A stretch of 64,000 bases of DNA from the NCBI GenBank assembly GCA_035221665.1, contig CM069151.1, positions 33,852,001-33,916,000 on the forward strand, written 5' to 3'. Below, in pieces: positions 26,901-38,900 of this stretch. The first letter of the stretch is position 1; each line of letters opens with the position of its first letter. This stretch comes from Okamejei kenojei (taxonomy: Eukaryota). The notes below the pieces were generated by a model, which was not told where the DNA came from, did no database searches, and saw nothing but the letters and a program-made list of their open reading frames with translations. Position numbers and translations under genes: made by a program.

Positions 26901-29900
26901 AACTAGAATATTTCCCATCTACATGGGTCCTAAGGCACTCCGTGTGTGCTTCTGAAGTTAACGTAAATCATACACTGCTGAGATTACCATAACAACTTAC
27001 AATGAGCAAGTATTGCTGAAATTACCAATTATACCAGTATGCTATCGCCATACCCTTTGATAGCCAGTGTATGTTGGTAGGGTTACCATTGCCAGCGAGA
27101 GCTTTTGTTCGTTACTATGGTTACTACCCCCTTTGATGCACAACTTGCATTGTTGGCGCTTTTGCATCTTGTGACAGCCAGAATGCATTGCCAGGTATAT
27201 TATACCTAACAACGGTCGATGTGCATTGCTGAAGTTACCATACCCTTTGGGAGTCATTGGTATGGTTACCTTGGGTCCAATGGCAGCCATAATGTGTTGG
27301 AAGTTTCCTATTGGCCCCTGAGCTGGCAAAGTGTTATGGTTATGAAGATTTTTAGGGTGTGTTCCCAAAGGATAAATGGCAGCCAGCATGCTCTGCTGAA
27401 TCTCACAGGTCTTATGACAGCAAATATATCTTGCATGGGTAGCAGGATCCCTATGACAATGAATGAATGAATAGTTTATTTCGGTCATACATTAAAAAGA
27501 ACAAAACTTTACAATCTATGTGAATATGAACCAACACTGTATCCATTTCACACAACGTTCACATAATCAATGACCAAAAAAGGAATAGGCTGAAGCCACA
27601 AAGCTTATTTTTGCCTATTCTATACAATCCATAAAATAATCCAGAATATCAGCATTTCTAAGGAAAGAAAAAAAAACTCTAAATTGTAATCCTTACTTAT
27701 TTTACATTTTAATCATTTTACAGTATAATACTTAATTAGTTTACATTTTAAGGCTTTTTTGAAACTCAACAGAGAGCTACAAAATTTCAACTCATCACTA
27801 AGCCCGTTCCATAATTTGACTCCCAAAACTGAGACACATCTACATTGGTTCTCACTTTACATGTTTCAAAAATACACAACCCTCTTAAATTATAATGTCC
27901 TTCTCTTAATTTAATTTTTTTTTAAATACTAATAGGAAGGCTTTTATTCCTAACTCGGAAAAGTATTTCTAATGTATTTACATGCACAATATCCAAAAAC
28001 GTTAAGGTACCGGACTTTATGAATAATGGATTTGTAGTTTCACGGTAAGAAGCTTTATGTATTATTCTTATAGCTCTTTTCTGGAGTTTAATTATAGGGT
28101 CTATATTTGTTTTATATACATTTCCCCAAACTTCAACACAATATGACATATATGGCATTATAAGCGAGCAATACAATATATACAAACACTTCTTATTCAA
28201 CAGATCCTTTGTTTTGTAAAAAATAGCAATGGATGTAGATAATTTCTATTTGATGTATTCTATATGTGGCTTCCAACAAAGTTTATGATCTATAATCACT
28301 CCCAGGAATTTTGTTTGATATACCCTTTGAATTTCAACTCCATTCAATTTTATTTCACAATTAACCCTGTCACCACCAAACACCATAAATGTTGTTTTAT
28401 TTTAATTTAGGGATAATTTATTAATATCAAACGATTTTTTTTTTTAGCACTATCAATTCTCTTTCTACTGTTTTCAATAGTTCTTTTATATCATTCCCTG
28501 AACAAAATACATTTGTATCACCCGCAAACGTAACAAACTTCAACGTATTGGATACTTTACAAATATCATTTAAATAAAGTATAAATAACTTAGGTCCCAG
28601 TACCGAACCTTGTGGAACACCACAGGTTACTCTTCTAAGCTGTGATTCAGTATTATTAATTTTTACATACTGAAACCTATTACTTAAATAATTTCCCAAC
28701 CAATTTTGTGTGACACGTCTTATACCATAACGTTCCAATTTCTGCAAAAGTAAGGAATGATCAATTGTATCAAATACTTTACATAAATCAATAAATACAC
28801 CCACAATGTGTAGTTTCTTATCTATTGCTGTTGCTATATTTTCTACAAAATCCATCACCGCTAAAGATGTCGATCGATTACTCCTAAACCCATATTGATG
28901 ATCACTCAATAACTCATATTTCTCAATGAAGTCATCAAGTCTATTCACAAATAGCTTTTCAAGTATTTTAGAAAATTGAGGTAGCAAAGACACAGGTCTA
29001 TAATTTGATACCATATGTTTGTGTTGCTTGGGTTTTCATAGGTCTGTGATAATGATTGTGTGTAATAAAGTCATGATGGCCTAATGGCCTTTACCATTTG
29101 TGCAGATAGTAGCACAGGTACATCAATGTCTTCTGTTTTCTGTTGCAGGAGGCTTTGCAGCGCGAGCAGCTCCTGGAACAGAAGTTGGAGACGCTGCAGT
29201 ATTTACTGACCAATACACAGGTCCTCTCTGACAATGTCTGGCAGGTACAAACCTCTTCTTCTCTATAGTGCTGTGCTCTGATCCCCTATAGCTGGTGCAT
29301 CCAGCAAATACTGGCTCTCCATTAACGGTACTCCGCAAACCACTAGAGTGTGCTAGTCCTCCGATCCGGACACACATGGGTATGTACTTCTCTGCACACT
29401 AAACAAAGACAACTATTCAGCGGCTGCACTGGAAACCTGGTGTGAGCCCCAGGCCTCCCTGCTTCCAGGAGGCTGACATGAATGAATTGCTCCTTGGTAT
29501 GGAGAGGCTGTTTGTGAGAGTTGGTCACGGTGGGTCACGGCAGGCAGGGCCACCTCTTGCTGCTCCATGCTCCGGGGCCACCGTTGCTGCCCCATGGCTG
29601 GCATGATGAGCATGGACCATTGCTGTTCCTTGCATTAACCCAGAGTTTACAGTCATTCCCATCACCTCCCATTGGACATGATGGAAGCTGGTGAATCCCC
29701 CTCTCTTTGGTTGGCTATATTGGCCTCACCCAGCTGGAGATTGCTCTAGTGTAACAAGCTGAATGGCCAGCCGTCCTTGGTGCGCTACAATGAATCTTCT
29801 GGTGCTCATGTTCCTGAGAGAAACAGCATCATTCTGATTCATATCCAGCATGTATACTATTATATACTTTAGTTTACAGATGCAGCATGGAAACAAGCCC

Positions 29901-32900
29901 TTTGGCCCACCATGTGTCCATGCCGACTAGCGATCCCCGTACACCAACACTCTCCTACACACACTAGGGACAATTTACTATTTTTACCAAGCCAATTAAT
30001 CTACAAACCAGTGCGTCTTTGGAGTGTGGGAGGAAATCAGAGATCCCGGAGAAAACTCACGCAGGTCACGGGGAGAACATACGAACTCCGTACAGACAGC
30101 AACACTGCCTTTTAGGGTCGGTCAGGATCGAACCCGGGTCTCTGGCACAGTAAGGCAGCAACTCTACCACAGTGCCACCATGTCGCCCATTGTGTCCAGT
30201 AATATATCCCTCACAACACTGCCTTTCCGTTTACCTTGGTGTATCAACACCCACAGACGATCCCGGAGAAGATGCAGCGCTCATACAGTATACTGTAGCC
30301 CAGCACAGGCAGCATCCTTTGATCATGCTCCTATAGAGACAACAGCTTAGACAAAACCAAGTACAGCAATATACATTGACAATAGATAATAGGTGGAGGA
30401 GTAGGCCATCCGGACCTTCGAGCCAGCACCGCCATTCAATGTGATCATGGCTGATTATCCCCAATCAGTACCCCGTTCCTGCCTTGTCCCCATATCCCCT
30501 GACTCCGCTATCTTTAAGAGCCCCATCTGGCTCATAAACCTAACCCCAACTGAGATGGCTGGATGGCCGAAGACAAAGAGTAGCAATAACGGGGGCTTTT
30601 TCTGGTTGGCTGCCAGTTGGCTGCCAGTGACCAGCAGAGTTCCATATAGTGTAGCAAATTTTGGTAGTAGGAATAAAAGTGTAGACTATTTTCTAAATGG
30701 GGAGAGAATCCAGAAATCGGAGGTGCAAAGGGACTTGGGAGTGTTGGTGCTGGATTCCCAAACAGTTAATCTGCAAGTCGAATCGGTAGTAAAGAAGGCA
30801 ACTCAACACTAGCATTTATTTTAAGAGGGCTTGTATACAAAACTAGGGATGTAATGTTGAGGCTCTTTAAGGCATTGGCAAGGCCGCATTTGGAATATTG
30901 TGAGCAATTTTGGGCACCATATCTGAGGAAGGATGTGCTGGTTCTGGAGAGGGTGGAGAGGAGATTTACAAGAATGATCCCAGGAATGAATAGGTTAATC
31001 TATGGTGAGCATTTGTTGGCACTAGGCCTGTACTTGCCAAGTTTAGAAGAATGAGGGGGGACCTCATTGAAACATATGGAATAGTGAGAGGCTTGGATAG
31101 AGTGGATGTGGAGAGGAAGTTTCCACCAGTGGGAGAGTTTAGGACTAGAGGTCATAACCTCAGATTAAAGGACGTTCTTTTAGGAAGGAGATGAGAAGAA
31201 ATTAATTTTGTCAGAGGATGGTGAGTCTGGAATTATTTGCCACAGAAGGCTGTGCAGGCCGTCAGTGGATAATTTAAGGGCAGGGATAGATAGATTCTTG
31301 ATCAGTACAGGTGACAGAGGTTATGGGAAGAAGGCAGGAGAATGGGTTAGGAGGGAGAGGTAGATCAACCATGATATGAATGGTGGAGTAGACTTGTCCA
31401 CAGACAATATCCACAGTCTCTACCTCAGTTGTGACGATGTATGCAAGTAATAGTCTCGCAGAACTGGCAGCCAGACTGTGTTCCACACTGGGCTTTAGAT
31501 GATGTTTTGCTGGGTAGTGCCAGGGTCTTGATGCAGCATCATTGTAGATAACACATATCTCAATAATTAAGTAAAATCATCCATTTCATTGCTGGTTCCA
31601 TCAGTACTCTTGATCCTGCAATTGCACCTGATGCTAGTGAGATGCTCAGTGGGCCACCAGTGTAACTCAAATTCATGTCCAGACCTGTTCATGTTCATGA
31701 GGAAGGGTCTCAACCCGAAACGCCACCCATTCCATCTATCCAGAGATGTTTCCTGTCCCACTGAGTTACTCCAGCATTTTGTGTCTGTCTTCAGTTTAAA
31801 CCAGCATCTGCAGTTCCTTCTTACACATACTGTATTGAAATGTATGTGACTGACAAGCCATTTATTTGACTGTGGTAAATGCATTAAGACAATGCAGACA
31901 ATGTATAACATTGTTTCCGACTGACCCTCTTCCTTTATTAAGGTAGTTCAATTGACAGTATATCTGTATAAAAGCAGAAGCTCTCCACTTCTACAAAATG
32001 TTATATGGACACACTTGCAGTCTCATCCTTAATCCCTTTCTTTCTGTGAGCAATGACCAGATAATCTCTCTTGCAATACTTGGAAGTTTCCTTTTTACGG
32101 ACTTAGTTTAGTATAATTTAGTTTTGTTTGGAGATACAGCATGGAAACAGGCCCTTCAGCCCACCGAGTCCACACCGATCATCAATCACCTATTCACACG
32201 AGTTCAATGTCATTCACTTTTCCACACACTAGGGGCAATTTACAGAGGCCAATTAACTTACAAACCAACGTCATTAGGATGTGGGAGGAGATCGGAGCAC
32301 TTGGAGAAAACTTGCGTGGTCACAGGGAGAACATGCAAACTCCACACAGACAACACCCATGGTCAGGATTGACCCTTGGTCCTGTAAATCCTTTGCCACT
32401 GCATTGCCTTGGGCAATTAAATAAGTGTGTTGTGTGTTCATTGAGGATATATGATGCAGGGGTTGTGAAATCAGTAGGTTTAAAGGGCTGAATGGCCCTT
32501 ACTTTGCTTCATGTTTCAGATCCTATCCAGCTGTCCTGCTGTGGTTGTTACCTGTGAAGCAGGGGAGGGTATTTCTCCTGAGTAGGGTGGCAATGAACTT
32601 ACTAATGGATACCTTCCTCTGCAGGACACTCAGGCTGAGTGTGCAAATCTGACATTGAAGCACAGGGGATCATTCAAATCAGATTTGGATATCAAGACTA
32701 ATCACAAAAACATGGATGTAAAGGTGCAGGAGCTGAACAGTAAAACCGATCTGGAGAAGCTTACGGAGGCAAAGACAGGAAACACAGAAGGAGATAATAA
32801 AGATGGCGAGGAGATTCCAGAAGGAAAAGATCTGGCTTCACCTGACAATGATGTGGAGGATGGGTTGAACAGGAAACGTCGAAGACCAACTCTACGGAAA

Positions 32901-35900
32901 GGTAGGATCTCGGGGTGCGTGGTTTGTGAACTGAGTTTGCGATATCTGGAAACGTGGGTGTAGGGTACGTGAGAACTCGGGGGGTGGGAAAATAAATGCC
33001 TGGGGCTTTGGTGAAAAGGTGATCCTGCGCTGGGAATGGGGTATTTTGGGCTAGAGGATAGGATGTGGGACATTGACTGACCAGGGCCTAGAATTTTGAC
33101 CATGATGTTGTGGATGGAGATGGTGTGTGTGGGGCTGGGTTTGGGTGAGGTTTGTGGAGGTGAAGATTGTGTATGGGAATGGGAGTTGGATGTGGGGTTG
33201 GGGTGTAATGTGCAGGGGTTGTGATGGGGTTTGAAGGCTTTAGGTGTGTAGGGTGGGGATGGGGTATATGGAGGTGGGGATAGGATGTGTGGAGTTTGTG
33301 GGTTGGTTATTTGTCTCTCTTGTACGTAACGTTTTTATTTAAATGTTTGACTGAAATGTCCTTTTAAAATAATTACAAATTTAGCTTCTTGATATTTGTC
33401 TGTTACAGAAAAAAGACTCCAGGAATCGAAGATTCTCCGTAAACAAGCCATGATCAGAGACATGAGCGGTAACTGTACATCCGTATCAGCACAATACTGC
33501 TTTACAATCACTGCGTTACTGCGGTTGTGCATTCAACTCTCCATTCATCCCCTCCTTCGAAGTTGACTCTTTTCCCCTCCTGTAAAACTGCAGATTTTAT
33601 CTCCACCTACCTCCTGAAAAGTGCCGACTTCATCTCCTTTCCCTGAAGATGCTAACCCTTTCACACACCCACCCGTAAGGTGCTCTCTCCCTTCCCTCGG
33701 TGCTGACTCTCTCTCCCGTTCCCTAATGCTGACTCTTTTCCCCCTTCCCATGTGCTCTTTCCCTTCCTTCAAAGTGCTGACTCTCTCTCCCCTCCCTCAT
33801 TGGTGCTGACTCACTCTCCCCTCTATCATTGCTGCTGACTCTCTCTCCTGAAGATGTTGACTCTCTATATTCTTCCTGGAGGCCATTGACTCTTCTGCCC
33901 CCTGCTTCTTCCTCTGAAGGTTCTGACTCGATATTCTTCCTGGAGATTCTAGATCAGTTCTATCCTTGACACAGACCTCCCAACTATCCCGCTTTTGGCG
34001 GGATATTCCCGCTTTTTAGGTTCCCTTCCCGCCATTCTGAATTGTACCCTAATTATCCCGCTAAATTGTTCCTCCCGTGGTGAACGCCGGCGCCATGTGT
34101 CCCCGGTTTGCCAGCCCGCGCGATCAGCGGCACTTTGCCGGGCCCTAGTGGCCGCGCGTGCGCAGTGGGGGAGGGTTGCCGGGCCCCAGTGGCCGCGCGT
34201 GCGCAGTGGGGGAGGGTTGCCGGGCCCCAGTGGCCGCGCGTGCGCAGTGGGGGAGGGTTGCCGGGCCCCAGTGGCCGCGCGTGCGCAGTGGGGGAGGGTT
34301 GCCGGGCCTGGCGCCATTTCGAGCCATGCCACGCCCGGCCCAGAGCCCGGGCGGCGCCGGCCCGCGCGATCAGCGGCACTTTCTTGCCATCACCGGGCCT
34401 CCCCCCCCACCCCCACCCAGTGCGCAGGCGCAGACCCGCCGGCAACCTTGCCAAGTGCGCATGTGCCGCACCCGCCCGCCGGCAGCCCGCTGATCTGCAC
34501 CAGTGCGCAGGCGCATAGCCGCCGGCAACAACCCCAAGTGAGAGAAATGAAGGTGAGTCTAGTGCCAAGTTTATCAAAGTTTAACAAAGAATTATAAATG
34601 TTTCAGCATACATGTACCTTTTTCACATTTTGGCATTTAAAATACTTCTTCACAATTTAGAATTTGTGACATGGGACCCCGAATAGGGCGCCGCGACATA
34701 TTATGAATTTTCATTTAAAAATATGAATTTTGAGGGGAAATATTATGAATTTTGACAATCAAATGTTGGGAGGTCTGCTTGACAGGCTTTCTGTTATTGC
34801 ATTTGGCCAAAATAAAATCTACCTTTGTTTACCTCCTTTACAATGGCAATAATCCATATTTATCTTCAATATGTTTTAGAGAGAGGTCCCCCAGAGGTGA
34901 AGGTGCTGCGACAACAAGCGATTGTCCGAGATATGAGTGGTGAGTTTAGTTACTATGCTCCTGAGTCATGCAATAGAGTGCTCACTGACAATATTCACAC
35001 TCGTGTCCTGTTGGAGATGCGGTCGGGGAGGAAGAGAATTATTCCATTCCTTGCAACAATACATATCTGCAGGACAAGAGCAGCAATATATATCTGCTGT
35101 TAGACACGTACTTGTTCTAACAGCAGATTGGTATTGAATGGGTAGAGTCTAGTGATCTATGAATCATCCTTTATTTGACAGACAGAGGCTGTGTTCATTT
35201 TTGCTTTCTTATAATAAAAAGGCCCAAAGGGTTTTTTTGTCAGCAGAAGGTCAATTATTTTAGGAATGGAAACTCAGAGTTGTTGGGAGTTTCTGCAGAC
35301 ATTCTTAATCTTGGCAATGGGATATAGAATTGCAGGGGAGATTTAATGAAAGTTATCAAATTTATAATATTGATGGACTAGTTCCTCAGATAAACTGTTC
35401 CCCTGGCTGGAAAAAGTTAAGTGCTGAGGGTTCATCAGTCACTCACTGTAAGTGTGAGTCATGAGGTTAGGAGATATGGATTTTCTGTATTCCATCGTTG
35501 CAACATGGAATGATTCATACAGGGAATGTCTGATGGAGAGATCTTTGTATTTTTGAAAGAAAAATTAGGAGACTGTTGCAACTGAGGAAGAGTCAGAAGT
35601 GGAGTGTGAATGGAGCAATGGATTAGATTTAACTTCGTACAGGATCATACAGAGAGAATGGAACAGTGAGATAGTTTATGATTATTGTAGCAACAATCTA
35701 CTGTAATGTAGGTCAAATGGTTTGCTGTATATCAATTCTCAATGCAAAGTATACATACCATGTAATTCTGATGAAAGTTCATGGAACAATATGAAGGAAG
35801 TACTTGCCTATTCCCATTTCCACTATCAGTCCTGGGTTGGCAAAACGCCACTGCTCTTCCTCAGTGTTACACCAGGTGGCGCCATGGCCTGCTCTCGAGA

Positions 35901-38900
35901 TTAAGCCCACTGGAATCTTGGATCGGTGACTGTAATGCCAGAAAGGCTACAGTATATCAAACTTTAGACTGAGAGGGCAGATAAAGTAAATACTCTCTTC
36001 CTCACCCGCTGTTATATTGGCTGCAATCTGATCCACATAAATAACTGAAGGAACCAAAAAAACTCTGCCGCTTTATTTATACAGGGTCAAAAAGGAACTG
36101 ATGAATCCCATACCACAGTTAGGACATTGAATAGTACCAGGGCAGATACAGAGTAAAAGTGCTTGTACAAAATCCCATCAAAAATACTGATGGTTTGGAT
36201 GCAGCAAAAGTTACATACAAAAGAAAAACATCCTTTGTAAAACAACTGTACCACTAAGAGTCCCTGGACAGAGGCAACATTACTGCAGTCCCTTACATGG
36301 CAGGCTTCGTAACTGCCCAGAGGGGTAGCCAAAATGTCCTTTAGTGCAGGAATCTGAGAAAGGAAAATTAAATGATCAGAAACATTCTGAGACTAAAAAT
36401 ACAGGCCAGGTCCAGATAACAAATGGGTTCTGTGTTTACAGACATCTATATGTCAATTTTGTCCATAAATTGGAAAATGCACTAGAATGATTTGCTATGG
36501 TCACCATACATTATTGTGGTGAATGTCATCAAAAGCACATACGGCTGGTTAGAAAGCACAATTACTAAAAGCAGAGAGAGGGAGAGAGAGGGAGAAGCAG
36601 TTCTGCTATTTGTAGGAACAATGTATGCATGCATGTTGGATTTTTGAATGTTATAATATAATGGGAACTTGTTAGTATGCAGGGGTATATAATGTAAGGG
36701 TTTTTTTTAAACTCAGGATGGCGTGAATAAACAAAACACTGTTGTGCTGAAGCCCCAGTGAAAGTTCTTCCCAAGGACCTTACTAGAGGTGACCTAATAG
36801 ATGGCACGAGGAGCCCGTCAGTAAGCAGCCTGTCGCACATTAGTTGAGACAGCAAGTCTTGGTTGATGCTGCCAATAGTCCTAGGTCTCCTGTTGTTCAC
36901 CTCAGAGTTAGAAGGTTCTAGGTTCTGAAGGTTTGAACTCCCAATCTGAGTGTTGCTGCACTGGGGACACTCCACCATCAGGAGGCGCCACTGAGAGGAT
37001 GCTGGGCTACCGACAGAAGAATGTTGGTGGTCTTGGTGTGTGTGAGACTGCAGACATGAGCCATATTACAGGTCGTATTTGATGAGCTGTGTGCTCTGAA
37101 CAGCCAGAATCATATAAAAAGACAGCACAGAAGGAGGCCAGGCAAACTGCTGCTGGTCAAAAATTGACCTTTTGGAATCACACTTCTGAGAATTTGATGT
37201 GACCTTTCAGTTACTGATCTTTAAGTGCTCATCCAGGACTTTTTAAATGTAGTGAGAGTCTCTGACCCCCTCTGCTATTTGTTTACTGTTTGGGCCTCAT
37301 AAATGTATTCAATTCAAACTCATCATTTCTCAGTCATCTTTGTATCAAAGAAAACGTTCCCAGCCAATATAATCGTTTCTCATTGCTATAGTTCATGAGC
37401 CTCATGAATCTCCTCCACAGCTCTCTAATGGAATTATGTTCTTTCTGTAGCATCATGACCAGAACTATAGAGTCTACTCTGGCCATGGCCAAACTTATTT
37501 TATTTTCATAGTTCTAACAGTTCTGCTTGTTATATTCTCTGTCTCAGCTAATAAAAGCATGTATTCCACAAGCCTTCATTATTATCTATTGACTCATACT
37601 GCTATCTTTGTGCAACAAATTTACAGAGTTAATTTGTTGACATGAACTTCAAAATCCCTCTGTTTCTCTGCGTACTTGTTAGTATCGTACCATTTATCAT
37701 GCATTCCTTTCCTTTGTTGCCATTTACAAATATTTTATCTCACACTTCTCGGAAATGAATTGTGTTTGCTATTTCTGTGAATTCCCAACCATTCCAGTGA
37801 TGCCTACTAGTCAAGTAAGTTTCTTCCCACCTATCGATCACAATGACAAGTTTGGTATCATCATTAAACTTCTTAATGATGACCTCTATATTTAGTTATG
37901 ACCCCTATATTTAATTGTTTTTTTTGCTGAAACCCAGTGGCCTCATCTGCCACTGCAAACCACAGTGACCGAGTGGTAGAAGCTGATGCTCAACCTCATA
38001 GGGTTTCTTGGGAAGAAGGAGATATTTCTTTGGCAATATCAACTGCTCAACCATTTCTTTCATTCTCAGTCTTCTCCCTTTCGAATCTCTCAGCAACTGC
38101 TACCGTCTCAAATGTGCAATTTCCTTCTCGCCCAACAAGTGCAGAATGGAAAAATACTCGCACCTGGTGTCACACTCTCTTCAGTTGTTCACCCCATGTT
38201 CACCACCATAACCTCTGGCACACTCTCCACCATCCTGAAACTCACTGCTGCACCAATCACCCTGACTCCATTTGAGCTATTGCTGCAAGATTTCTAAACT
38301 GAAAGCAAATATTTAACCACGATATTATATATGAGACCTCACAGCCACATCTTAGTGCGTGTTGGAAATACAAGCGGCTGTTATAACTGATACTACAGTG
38401 CCAGGCAACAGCCTTGTGTGGATCACACCGCGACAGGGGTTGTTAAATTATATTCGTATGTCGTGCCTCATCTTTGAAGGATGTGGAGCAGGATCAACAT
38501 TGCACATACTCGCTTCAAATAGCACCACCAAGGAGCTGCACAGTCCCAACTCTCTCTCTCTCTCTCTCCTTTTGTAGTACGCATTTTTCTATATATTCCT
38601 CTCTCTCACATGATTCTCTGTACATAGATGATAGTCGTACAGCTGAAACACAGATTTTCATGGTATGCCAACTGACAGGCTCATCCTGTGTAGGTACATA
38701 TCTGTGTGACAATGGACCCTCTGCCCTGCAGTGTTTGGAAACCAGGCTGGAATGAGAACATTGCAGCAGCATAGTGTGGTATCCAGACAGAGGATCATGT
38801 GGCAACGTGAAAACACTAACAACTGTCCAATGATTGAGCAAGGAAAATATGGACTAATCAGCAAAGATGAATGATAATCGCACATTTGAGACACCAGTCA

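Noticed and set aside
33949-34597. Multiple overlapping ORFs
   Set aside because: By-product of the 41-bp GC repeat inside a TIR element.
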